DNA of 55,248 nt, filler included, from Sphacelaria rigidula (taxonomy: Eukaryota), in the NCBI GenBank assembly GCA_964200075.2. It is 2 parts of 2 records of this genome, joined end to end, with 100 filler letters (N's around TTAATTAATTAA, not from the genome) between each part and the next. Parts side by side here need not be neighbours in the genome. Positions count along the whole stretch, not along the records: positions 27,684 to 55,248 come from CAXNAA020000116.1; 1 more part is not named here. One strand, given 5' to 3'. Below are positions 38,201 to 49,600 of this stretch, piece after piece. The notes below the pieces were generated by a model. That model had not been told where the DNA came from, did no database searches, and was given only the letters and a program-made list of their open reading frames with translations. Numbering within the stretch: position 1 is the stretch's first letter; every line of letters starts with the position of its first letter. The translations under genes were made by a program, and so were the position numbers.

Positions 38201-38910
38201 TGCATTACTCTGTAGCAGCGTGTAGATACTGCAGTTAAAGAGGGAAGGTACGAGAGAAATTAAACGCCCCAGGGTTCAACTCGCAGGTCTCGTGAGGGAC
38301 AGAGTTGATGAAAGTCACAACATGGCCCCATCCTCCCATCGAAAAGGTACAGCAACGAACAAAAAACACACAGAATACACACAGATCTTCACCTGCCGTC
38401 TTCCGGCTGCTCGAATCCACTCAACCGATCTCCGTTACCCTGCCGCTCCCTCTCCCCTCGCCCCCCCCCCCGCCCCCCGCCTCCACCCCCGCCGCCAAGC
38501 GGCGACAACCCGGACCCTCCGCCGCCCATGCTCTCCGAACTGTTCGGGCTGCTGCCCGCAGAGGCCGCAGGAGAGTCGTCGCCTTCGCCCAGCGACCCGG
38601 GGTCATCGATGGGCATGTTGCTGCCGCCGCTGCCATCGTTGTTGCTGTCATCTGACGGGGGCCGCTGTTGTTGCTGTTGCGGCACATTGCTTGATGATGA
38701 TGGTGTCCTGTTCAAGTTGCTGTGTGGAATATTAGCATCTTCGAGGCCTGGGACAGGAGACCCACCGCCCCCGTCCCCGCCGTCGCTGCCGCCGTCAGCA
38801 CCGAGGTTTTCCCCGGCGTTTTCAACCGTGTTGTTGTTAGACGTGGTGGTATCTACGCTTGTCGTTGGCGTGGTGCGTCGGTCTCCATCGCCATTCGGAG
38901 ACGATGGCAT
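27822..38910 (-). CDS. N-terminal part of a large USP9X/USP24/USP34-like (fat-facets family) ubiquitin-specific protease; runs off at the gap, so the catalytic domain is not in the window
   Basis: Phase-consistent GT-AG exons (minus): 37359-37147, 36268-36074, 35052-34504, 32614-32546, 31129-30992, 29460-29225, 28357-28234, 27941-27822. A Ser/Gly-rich 5' exon at about 38968/38910-38393 has an unresolved splice phase. Motifs LCQTFMANGGF, FHANLVLRHLRSSSLPMRLWGWEQ and LVNWIIGNK recall the helical N-terminus of USP9X/24/34. The exon chain is strong; the family call is by-eye. Confidence 0.7.
28584..28676 (+). repeat. Short dispersed retroposon-like 3' end with an AAAT tail; a second copy lies inverted at about 45458-45564
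   Basis: ACCGGGGAGAGATGGATTGATC...GACCAC.GACTC.TCCC.GGAAGGG..GGGGTTCAAAGT.CG.CAAATAA matches the reverse complement of 45458-45564. Confidence 0.75.
33243..33325 (+). mobile_element. LINE 3'-tail fragment (family A)
   Basis: TCTCGAAAGGGGTG...GTCGATGGTCAAACGACTCAAGGCAAGCAACGATCGAGTAC followed by a C-rich run. Confidence 0.75.
34245..34365 (+). mobile_element. Retroposon 3'-end fragment (tail family B); further copies at about 48215-48335 (+), 53727-53778 (+, tail only) and 133-180 (-, partial)
   Basis: Shared GGTC.GGCGA.A.CCCGGCGTGCTCC.TC..GGCTTT..AGGGATGC.AGGTCAATGGTCCTACGACT...CATGCAAGAT.ATGAGTAC plus a C-rich tail. Confidence 0.75.
36621..36918 (+). mobile_element. 5'-truncated LINE fragment (family A)
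   Basis: Colinear with 51970-52268 (GAAGGTGGCATGAAATCGTTTGATGCAT, GACGGCGAAACAGGA, tail A). Confidence 0.85.
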
Positions 38911-40610
38911 TCTGTTCGATGGGCTTGACGCGTCTATTGAACGTTTTGCGTGTAAGCTTGTACGCCCCTGTGGTGGGGGGTCAAGGTTGCGTAGCCAGGG
39001 GAGATTTAGAGGTTAAATCTGGATGTTGGGAGTATTCATGTAGTATGTACTACTATTATACATGATCTACAGCGCGTGTACATTGGTCCGTGGTCTTGTG
39101 TCAAGGGCAGACGGAACAAACGTACACCGATGGTGTTGTGTGTGCAAAGTATTGAGCACTACTGGTGTATGCTGCGTGAAATTCGGGGTCAGTTGTTGTT
39201 CTTACAGATATTGCGGGTGATGAGCAAATAATCGTGGGCAAGACGACAGGAGTACTGTACGACGTCTCACCCGACTCCTTCGTGACTGCTTGAGACGGCT
39301 GCAGATTGTCCGTTGCCACGCCGACTCTGGTCAGGCATTCACGAAAGCTTTGTCCAATTCTTCTGCCTATCGTCGGGACAAGATGCCGTGAACGGGAAGC
39401 GATGTGGGTGTCAATCCTCTCTGCCCGCCTTGCTCCCTGAAGATAATGCCCCATGTCATGAAACCGATTTACGAACACAGCAGTCACAGCGTAGCGCGGA
39501 GTGAAGTCAGGTAGGGACTGGTACTTGCAGTGGGAACAGAGCCCTACACCTAGACGTGCAGGACTACACGTGAAGCCGAAGAGCTCACCCGTATGTTATT
39601 CATCCGCTAACGTACGGTACTGGTGCTGTCATGACAGACACCCTCATACTTGACTCTCTTGTCATCTCACGCTCGCGAGTGGGACACTTGGATTTTTCAG
39701 AGAACGCTGGCCAACGAAGGCACATGGCAAAGTCAGACTACCTGCGCCACCTGCTGCACACATTGGATCAGCAATAAATGGGACACCGGCATAACTAGAT
39801 TGTGAGCATGCCAGCGACGCATTGAAGCTGGTTGCGTCGAGACTCGTGACATTTGCTGATATTGGCCTAACCGAAAGGAGGGTTCCGAAACATCAACTCG
39901 AGGGCGCCTCTAACAAGGGCACAAAAAACAATCAACACAACACCAAATGCAGCTGTGCGCAGGTAAAGGGAAGCAAATATGCGTCAAAGGTTAATCGATG
40001 GCTAACACGTAAAGCATCAGCAAACCACGATCCCACCCAAGCATGTTGCACACATGGCTGTCTGGAGTACCCTGCATTGAATGCATAACACTACCCCTAC
40101 ATGAAAGGCAATGCGCGGATCCTGATACGGGCAGCTACCGGGCGGAGGCAACCGCTTCACCTACAATGCCCGCATTACACGTAAGGAGAAAGACTTTGCA
40201 CAGAATTGTGCACAGCACATCAACCCGTTGTGTTGACCACAACCAAGCCATAGTAACAAAAAACAATCTTACAGTACTACATATGCTGCACCTTGAGAGA
40301 ACAACTTTTTTGCGGCTCCGGCTTCACGCCGGCGTATTTCTCTCTCCACGGTCGCTCTCTATCTCTCTCCTGATGGGCGACCTCGTCCTCTGGGCAATAT
40401 TGCCGTGCTGACTTCTCCTCGTAGGCGTCTTCGGTAGGACGTACGTGAAAATTAATGTACCGCACAAGCTATGGATCATGCAAAGCACGACCCGCAGCAG
40501 TGGCGCAAAAGACCGCCGTCTCTCTCTCGTTCTCCCTGCACCTCTACCTCTTCTTTATCGCTTCTGCTACTTTCCTATTGTTAAAGTTTCTATTTCTGTT
40601 TTAGAATCCC

Positions 40611-43600
40611 ATGGCAACGATAGTTTGGTGGCTGTTCTTGGGCTTCTTCGTTGGTAGCCTGGCCATCATTTGGTGGGTACTGTTCGTGGAACACGACCTG
40701 GAACCCGAGTCATTAGAGGACGATGGACAACACGATGGAGAAGAAGCTCTTCTGGCAGGAATGGATGGGGTGAGCCTTAATCAACTTCATAGCATAGTGT
40801 GCCTGTTTTTTTACGACTCCTAAGAAAACGGCGTGTGCAGCGCAAAATAGTCACATGTTGAGAGGAGACGGAATTGCGCCGCAATTTGTTCCGATATTAC
40901 GGAAGAGGGTAGGAGCGGGGGTAGGAGCGACAGCGGAATCTTAACAAGGAGTGCAGCCGCTCCGCAGTCGCAGCAGATCCCGGGAACCTATCGCACTACA
41001 TTGCTATTCCTTTTCAATAGTATGGAGGCAGTATTTTTGGAGATTAGGCGCCCCAACACAGCACACCTGGCGTCTAATCCTGAAAGACGTGTGTGGATTG
41101 AACCCGCACGTAAGTGTTGACCCAGCAGTTTCGGCGTCCCAAGGCATTTTGTGAATTACGTGGCTTGAAAGGATGATTATGCACGATCCTGCGGTGATCC
41201 CGAAAATTAGAACACTTCCTGATGACAATCCCAGAGGGTAACAACATGAAATCCGCGCGGAGGCATGGGTAGATTCGGTCATGCTTGTTTACGTCGGCCC
41301 CATGTTGGTCAAGGCTGGCACCACGACGGGAAATAACCACAAGTCACGGTTCTCCACACGTTAGAGGCAGATGCCGTTGGGTTTTATACGCCGTGTTGAG
41401 CAGAACCCGGCTGCACAACGCAGCCAAAGAGAGGAGTGTCTTCTACCAAGGACCACTACGGACCTGTTTGGGCAGGGGGTAACGTCTCCTCCATCACCGT
41501 GCCTGACTTAGCTTGGCGGTTACCACGACGGTCTGAGAATGACAGGAGCGGTTGCTGTAGTTTTGTTCTATTAGAATCAACCGGATATCCGGTGACATGC
41601 TCCCACGTGAGTATATTTATCTGACACGCGCATGATCGTCTTTTTGCGTAGGCTTCACTTGGTTCCAGAATAGAACAGAGTGCGAGTTGCAATTTGAAAA
41701 AAAATCACCGATGGATGAGTATTATAGCTCTGCCCAGGCGTGGTTCGCACCGTACAGACAGTACACAGCACTCATTGTACTGCCACTAAAAACACACAGT
41801 GTCAACTTCGTGGGTCTTGCCGTCGCGGGATGCATATCGTGCAATAAACGCTTCTCTCTTCCGCGGTGTTGTGCATCCTTTCCCATATTTTTGCCAAATG
41901 CGCGGTGACTGGTGTGTGGCGCCAGGTATCCGTGCTGATGTGGCGACCTCTCTTCCAAGGACATTTGCCCCTCTAGTCTTCGTATATTTCAGGCCTTAGC
42001 GCATGACCGTTTCCAACTGACGCCGCGGATGATGAATTACAATCGCTGTAAAATGCCTCCATAATATTGCACTGACCAGGCTGTTCGGACGCTGTTTTTT
42101 CCAAAACAAAACCCAAGATATGTGTGCCGTTGTTGTTATTACCTTGCCGTTGCTCCTCCTGTTGGTATTCTGTTTTTCGGGCCTTTTATGGAGTGTCCAT
42201 GCATGAATCGGGTACTTGACCTCCGAACCAGTGATAGCTTCCTGTTTCAGAGATCAATGTCTAGTTTATGAAATCAAGAGGTTGGTCGATTCAGATCGAG
42301 AGCTACGGCAGTAGTGCTGAAGAGAGGCGAAAAGTGCCTCGGAGTCACAACAAGAGAATCTTCGAGCTCAGAAGTCACCATTTCGTCCGCTGGAAGAGGC
42401 TACCCACCGTGACAGATCACCCTGTCACCGCTTACAGAGAGATCTAGTGGGCAGCCCCATCTGATGACCAGTTTCAACTGTCACCCGTAATCCGCTGACC
42501 GTCACACTTTGTTTTTCAACCAGATGTTGTTGTCAAGAGGTTATTCGTAAAAACGATCAATCGGAAATCGAAACTAGCTTCAAGTATGACGCTGTGAACA
42601 GCCTCCTTCACTACCGCAACCTACGTGCATTCGACTTCCCACCCCTTTGTAAGATCTTCATCCTCCGCCGAGGGTGTTCTGGCCAAAATAAATCAAATCA
42701 AAATTCTAAATCGAAAAACAGAGTGTTCCTCTGGGTGCACTGCCCTCTCTGTAGCTACACGCCTTTCATCATTCCTAACAATCTGGCACCAAATATGACT
42801 TAGTGGCGGTACCCGTTGGTGGCGATTTGGTACCAAAATCGAGAAGCATTCCGATCTCTATTTGCACCCCACTCTATTCCTTGACGCATTGGGGCCACAA
42901 CGAGTACATCGCACGTGGTTTAGGAATGGCTACAGGCAGAGCTGCAAGCTCAATACTGCCTATGGGCCAGTGTTGAGTCTCTGTTCCAGTCATCTATTGA
43001 GCCGCTTGGATCGATCGTGGTTTATTAGCTGTTGGTCGTTGTCGGTCTGCATCTCGGAAACATATCTGGTTCTGGTTCCTGATGCAACCTGTCACATCAA
43101 AATCGAAAACCACTGGCCCCTGAACATACCGCGTCTTGTTTTCCCCCAGAATCTCATCCTCGGGTTCATCGTCTCTGAGGACACCCGTGATAATCTGCCC
43201 CCTTTGATATTAGCCTCTGCCCCCGGTAGCCCAATTGGTACAGCTGACGCCATCCAGGGTAAACAAACGCGCCCCCTTTTAATTTTTCCCGTCCGTACTC
43301 AGTTTTTTCTTCGCGGCTCTTTTTTCGGTAGTTCGCCAATGACCACGCATGCCTCTACCAGTGCAAGTAGCAGTACGGGCCTTGGAAGGTACTGAGCAGA
43401 GATGGGAATGCTTGTTTAGTGTGAAGACGACAACGACAACAGCAGCAACAGCAGCAACGATGAGGACGACAACGACGGCAATGACCCCACGAAGGTTAAG
43501 CGGACCTGTGAAGGGTTGTCGACGGTTTTTCTAACACGACTCCACCTTTTCGTCCCCCGCAAAACTGTTGTGGTTTTGTTCAGTTCACGAAGAAGAGGAA

Positions 43601-46600
43601 GAAAAAAAGTGCCAAGAGCACGAGCAAAGCGGTGAAGAAGCCGTCCGCCATGCCCAAGCCCCACGATCCGGTGAGGAACGAAGAACTACTCATCAACTGA
43701 AGAGTGAAGTTGAGAGACCATTCCGCTTTTTTAGCACGGTGCGCAAGATATTCACCAAAAGTAAAAGAGGAAGAATCGTGCGATGTGGTTGATGAGGGGG
43801 TGCTGTGGGAACTTCGCTCTTTTGCTGTTGGTTGCGGAGAGCAAAAGGTACAAGATTCGCTCGGGTAAAAATACCGTCCACGTTTAGGGTCGTATATGTC
43901 ACGGCTCGAACCACACGACGAGTCAGTGAAGCTGTTTTGGCACGTATCGAAAGCCTCTGTTGGGCATCCGTAGTTTCCATCGCGCCTCGTCGAGACCCCA
44001 CGACGGTTGACACATGGCACCCCTACCTGTTTTGCTCATTCCCTCTGGTCAGAGCTGGGATGGGCCGCCGTCCCCCCTTCTCGTTCGGGAGCTCAAGGGG
44101 CATACTGCCCAGATTACGGGAGTAGCGTTCAGTCCCGACAACCGCTTCGTGGCGACGGCTTCGGCGGACAGCACCGTACGGATAACCTTCTTGTGAGTGG
44201 CAGTTTGATTGATCGGTTGATTGATTGTCGCACATTAATTGATCCTCCAGGGATCGAGCCGTGGTAACATGATGGACGTACCCGAGATGAAACAATTCGA
44301 AACCACTCGCTGAAGGGACGTGAAAAATGAAACAGAGAGTTGGAACAGACGAACAGAGTAGACCGAAAAAAAGAGAAAACAGATGCACAACACGAAGAGA
44401 AGCACAAAAACTAGGAATGGCCAGCCTCTGCAACAATCGCAGGTGAGATATGTCTTCCGCATGTGACTCTTGTGAGAGAAATGTTCTATGGTAGGGTGCG
44501 CACTTTTTCCCTGAGGCTCTGCACTGTCGGAGCCTCTCGATGGCAAACATCTGGGCCGTAGTGTGCAGCCTCAGACGATGTTTGGACTAAAAAGTGCACC
44601 CCTACCGTAGAACCCCTGCCGGGGGTGGGGGCTGATATTTAGCGTTTCGCGTTCCCAACAATATACCCGCCGAAAATATGGGGATCGTTGTGTTTCATGC
44701 GCGTTCATTCCACCGCACTATCTTCACAGAAGGAAAAAAAGTAACGATTGACAAATACGTCTGTGATTTGCTTTGCGTTTCGATCCTTTCACGCTACAGC
44801 GATGGTCCAATATGAACTTAGGATATCAGCTAAAGAGCAGAGGTATGTGGTGTGAAAAAAGAAACCAGCCCACAAACGGTACTTGTTCTCTAACTGACGG
44901 GTAGGGAACAGCTGATTATATTTTACAGTAAGTCATCATGGGAAAGTACACCGCCGTGAACTGAACTATTTGTGCTTGCATTTTTGTTGGCTCAATTCAA
45001 AGGTACATCTTGTGAAAACTGCGCTCACCATGTGCTCTTTCCTACCGGTGTATGCAAGTCGCAGTTTACTGTCGCCCTTCGGTGGGGTTCATGGGTGAGA
45101 GCTCATAAAATATCCAACATAGTGTGGCCGACTTACACAAGCCCAAGCCACAATCTGTTCCCACAGCTGTTTTTTTCTTGTTGTACTGGGTATGAATGCG
45201 TATGCTTTTACACCAGTAGTCGGGTTGAGGAGGAAGTAGATGCGCAGAGTTGTCCCTGTGGCACAGCAATAGAGAGTAGAACTCATATGGTTGCAGATTG
45301 TGAACTATCCAAGGAGGAATGGGACGTGTTGAAGAGGGGACTGTGGGAAGTAGAAGAAGGTGGGATGAAATCGTTTGGTACGTTGAATAGTGGCGAGAAA
45401 ACGATCTCTATACTAGGAGATGCATGGTGGCCACGGACGGCGAAACAGGACGGGGATATTATTTAATTTATTTAATTATTTTGTGTTATTTGGCGTACTT
45501 TGAACCCCTCCCCTTCCTCGGGATGAGTCCGTGGTCTCAAGGGATCAACCCATCTCTCCCCGGTGAGATATGTAAAAGGCTCTTGTGTAGTATATGAAAC
45601 AGACGTGATGGGTACCCAAGTGTTGAAGGTGTCTCTGTTGGAAGTAGGAACGGTGCTCCGTCTCGAAAGGAATGCGTGGTCAATGGTCACACGCAAGCGA
45701 CGAATGAGTACGCCCCCCCGCTAAAGCCCATCTGCGCGTGCACGTGTATGTACAGTATAACGGGGAAAGTATGGAGTGGTCGATTGGTTTTACGTGACGA
45801 GTAGTCGTAGAATCTCCGACAGGTCCCACGTTCAGGGATTTTTCGAGTTCATAAATTGTGGTGAGACAAGTTGACATCCATCATCCCAGGCATCAAGCTA
45901 GGAAGGCAAATGACTTGTAACGGTTAGGCACGGGAAATTTATCAAGAATAACCGACACCACCAAAGCCTCCTGGCATTCCTCAAAAGTGCTCACACGAGG
46001 CAAATAGGAAACGGGCTCCGCGTATAGATTTTTGTGCAGCCAACCTCCCCTCTGCTTTGCTCGTCCGCGCCCACTTTCATGTACCCGATGCGCAACAGGG
46101 GCACGATCAAAAATCAAGAACCAAGATACTTTCGCCTGGGCATTGACAGGGATCACGCTACGGCGCTTGCTTTCAACGACAACAGCAAGCGACTTGTTTG
46201 CGCCACGGACAAGAGTCGGGTGGGTTTCGAGCGAGGCGATCCTCATCCAACGAAGTCGGTACCCCCAGCCCCAATTTTTGTTAGCCTCGAAGAACAGGAG
46301 ACGCTCGTACTGTACGTGGAAGTAGTTGAGCTTCCAGATGTAGTCCAATCTTGAACTGAAGCTGCGTCTAGTGATGAGAGTTTGTTGCTGGACTCAGAGT
46401 AAGGATGCGTGATGTTTTCAGAGATGGATAGGAGTTGACCGGGAGTCAGAGACATCCAACTAATCTGAGAAAGAAGATCGGCTGAGTTACAGAGTTGCCT
46501 CGAGACTACTTCACCCCATTATAAAAAATGGGGGTAGGAAATATCAGATCACGTCACAAATATAGATGGGCATAAGTTGTCTTCTTGCCAATGGTTCTTT

Positions 46601-49600
46601 TTGCCTCCAGAGTGAGTTCAAGCTGATTTATGGCTCAGGTGGATGGTGTTCGTTTTTTTGTCTGAAAATAGAGGGCGGCGGGGGTTTCGGTGTCAAAATA
46701 GAGAAATACGGCCCGGCCCGCCTTTGCTCTACCTAACTTCTTTACTTAGTTTTTTCATCGCGTACGTCCAGATGGAACACCATGATCTACGTATCCTTCG
46801 GTCACCATTCTAGTGTCGGGTATGGTTCAGAGTGCTAATGAGAAAGGTGGCCAGGTAATTACCTTCACGTGAAGACCTTGAACAGTCGGGCGCGTTTACA
46901 ACAAATGGTTGAAGAGGGAGAAGAATTGCAATTTTTCAGCTGGGAGTCGAGACGTGTATTGATGCGATGTTTCGAGTCTATGGAGCTACGTGAAGCTTGC
47001 ACCTTTCTTGTACGGAGTCTTTGGAAAAACAAAATGGTGGAATTTTGTGCTCCGGTCTCATGATACACGAACAGGAAATCTTGTTCTACAGCATCCCGAC
47101 AGAGAAAGAGGTGGCAGCCGGAGTCAAACCCGAGATGATGAAGCGGTTCAACTCCGGCCATCTGGAGCCGGTCACCAAGATCCTACTCTTTGACGTCGAC
47201 AAGGTGGGGAAACGTTTCGCGGAGGGTACCCGAACGATGCTCATTATCGCTACTTGTCTAGTGTTGGTCTCTGTGTAGCCGGTGTAACCTGTTGCCTTCG
47301 TCGTGGTCGTCTACTACATACTCCACAGCTTGATAGTGGTCTTCGTTTTCTACTATTTCCGTTTCGTCATCAGTTGCATGGTAACACCAGTAGAAACAAT
47401 GTGTAACCGCCAATATCGTTCCACCCGTTTGACTGGTGAAGAATCCGTTATTGATTTTTTTTTCAGTGGTCAGGCCGCTTGTTACGGCAAACGAAGATGT
47501 ATCTTTGGAAAACTGTCTTTTTGGACCTTCTGCGTCGTTTTACTCCCTACAAGACAGCTCGGCGGATCTTGACACCTTAGAATGCCTTCTTTTACTCATT
47601 GAGACTGTTGCAGCACACCTGCGCGTTTTCCCGGTGGTCGCAGTTTTTTCCTGTACCAACCTTGCATTTTTCTCGGAAGCCGCTCATCTTGTCGAGAACC
47701 GATCAAGTCCACACGAATTTCCTGTACCGGTCTTCGAGAGAAATGCAAGGTTGGCCAAGCAAAAAACTGCGACCGCCGGAAGAACGCACAGGTGTGCTGA
47801 AACAGTGTCAACGAGCACAGCAAGGCATTCCAAGGTGTCAAAATCCGCCTAGCTGTCTTTGCGGACGCAACACGACGTGAAAGCTAACAAATAAACAGTT
47901 TTCCAGATTCGTTACCCTTGTTTACCATTAAAAGTGGCCTCAGGTTCAATGAATCCCTTGCTCCCCCCCCCCCCCCTCCCCCCTTCGCCCAACGGTGAGG
48001 ATCATACTACGTAGTGTTTACTTGGTGAGATAGCCGTGAGGTGGTCCGTAAGCCGGGACTGTCCCTGGAAGTGGCGATACCAGAAAATGAAGGAACTCAT
48101 TGAAGGTTGTCATCCAGATGCAAGATAATCAGTACGCCTCAAGCCGAACAATCCTAGCAGGATGTTGCAGCTCAATCTTCATGTGACTCACCGAACACAT
48201 CACGGTGCTTCGCGCCTGGTGATTGACTGCGAGCCTGGTCCGGCGAAAGCCCGGCGTGCTCCATCTGGGCTTTGTAGGGATGCGAGGTCAATGGTCCTAC
48301 GACTGCAGCATGCAAGATCATGAGTACCCCCCGCCCTGCCACCCGCCCCCCGGACGCCTCCGGCCCTCACCTTGGCCATATCGGAAGAGGACACGTCNNN
48401 NNNNNNNCGTGTTGTGGGCGCGGAGGCGGGGCGCTCCCCCCCCCCCGCCACCGGGAAGGTAAGTTACCCCCCCCCCCCCCCCCCCCCCCCACGCGCCCGC
48501 GCGAAACACCTGGAAGGGGATAATATGTGTTATCTATTTCTGTGTAATGTATGGAAGAAGCGTAATGAGCACCCAAATGTCGGACGTGTCTCTATTAAGA
48601 GTAGGAATGGTGCTACGTCTCGAAGGGGATCCGTGGTCAATGGTCAACCGACTAAGGCAAGCAGTAAAAAAGTACCCCCCCCCCCTCCCCTCCCCTGAAA
48701 CACCCTGTGGCTTCGCCAATGGCTTGTGGGTACACACCAGTGTGTTGTGCCGCAATTTAGTCTCTCCTCGCCAACGGCATCCAATGCCCCCATCCCCCGT
48801 CACTTATCATTTGGTTTTGTCAACTGATTTCGAATACGCGACAGTGGATGGTGGTGGCCACGTGCGCTTGCGGATCTGCGGAGACGGCCATCCGCTTCAT
48901 GAATCCCAAGGGGGAGTGTTTGGCTACGCTCGACACCAATCAGGTACGATGAAATGCAGGCACTCCCGACTATCCAGTATTGGAGATCATCCATTTTTTT
49001 GCCGTCTAAGAATGAGCAGCGTTTTGTTCCATCAATCGCGTTGCATAAGCCTATTTTCGGGTATTCTTCATAAGATGCGATGATCACGGAAAGATTGTAC
49101 ATCCAGCATTTGCGTAGAAGTGCATTGTGTATCTCTTGTAATGTGACACGCAACAAGCCATCGATCGTCGAGCTTGCCGATTGGTCCATCAAGAGCGCGG
49201 ACAAACACGCCGATAAGGCAACCTCTTGTGGTATATTTACGTGTGGCTATACCTCCTTCCCATCCTCCACAAGTACATGAGGATTTTGTCGCGACACTTC
49301 TCTGTAACGTCTGGTGTTCCGTGACAGAGTTGCTCGCTCCCCCCGTCTGTTTTTTTTTTCCTCTCGTTGCTGCTGCCTCCCTCCTCGTTTGTGATTGTTC
49401 AACATGCCCAACACGTCTTCGCTACTGCTGCTCGCGCGGCTGCGATCCCGTATCCTTTTATATCGTTTTTTCACAATAATGCAATGAGCTCCGACACTTC
49501 CTTGCTGCTGCTGCCATTCCGGATCATGTTTCATTTCTTTGTTTTTACTCCTGTTTTTTTTTCTTGTTTGTTTGGCGCCAGATCACTAACTACAGCATGG

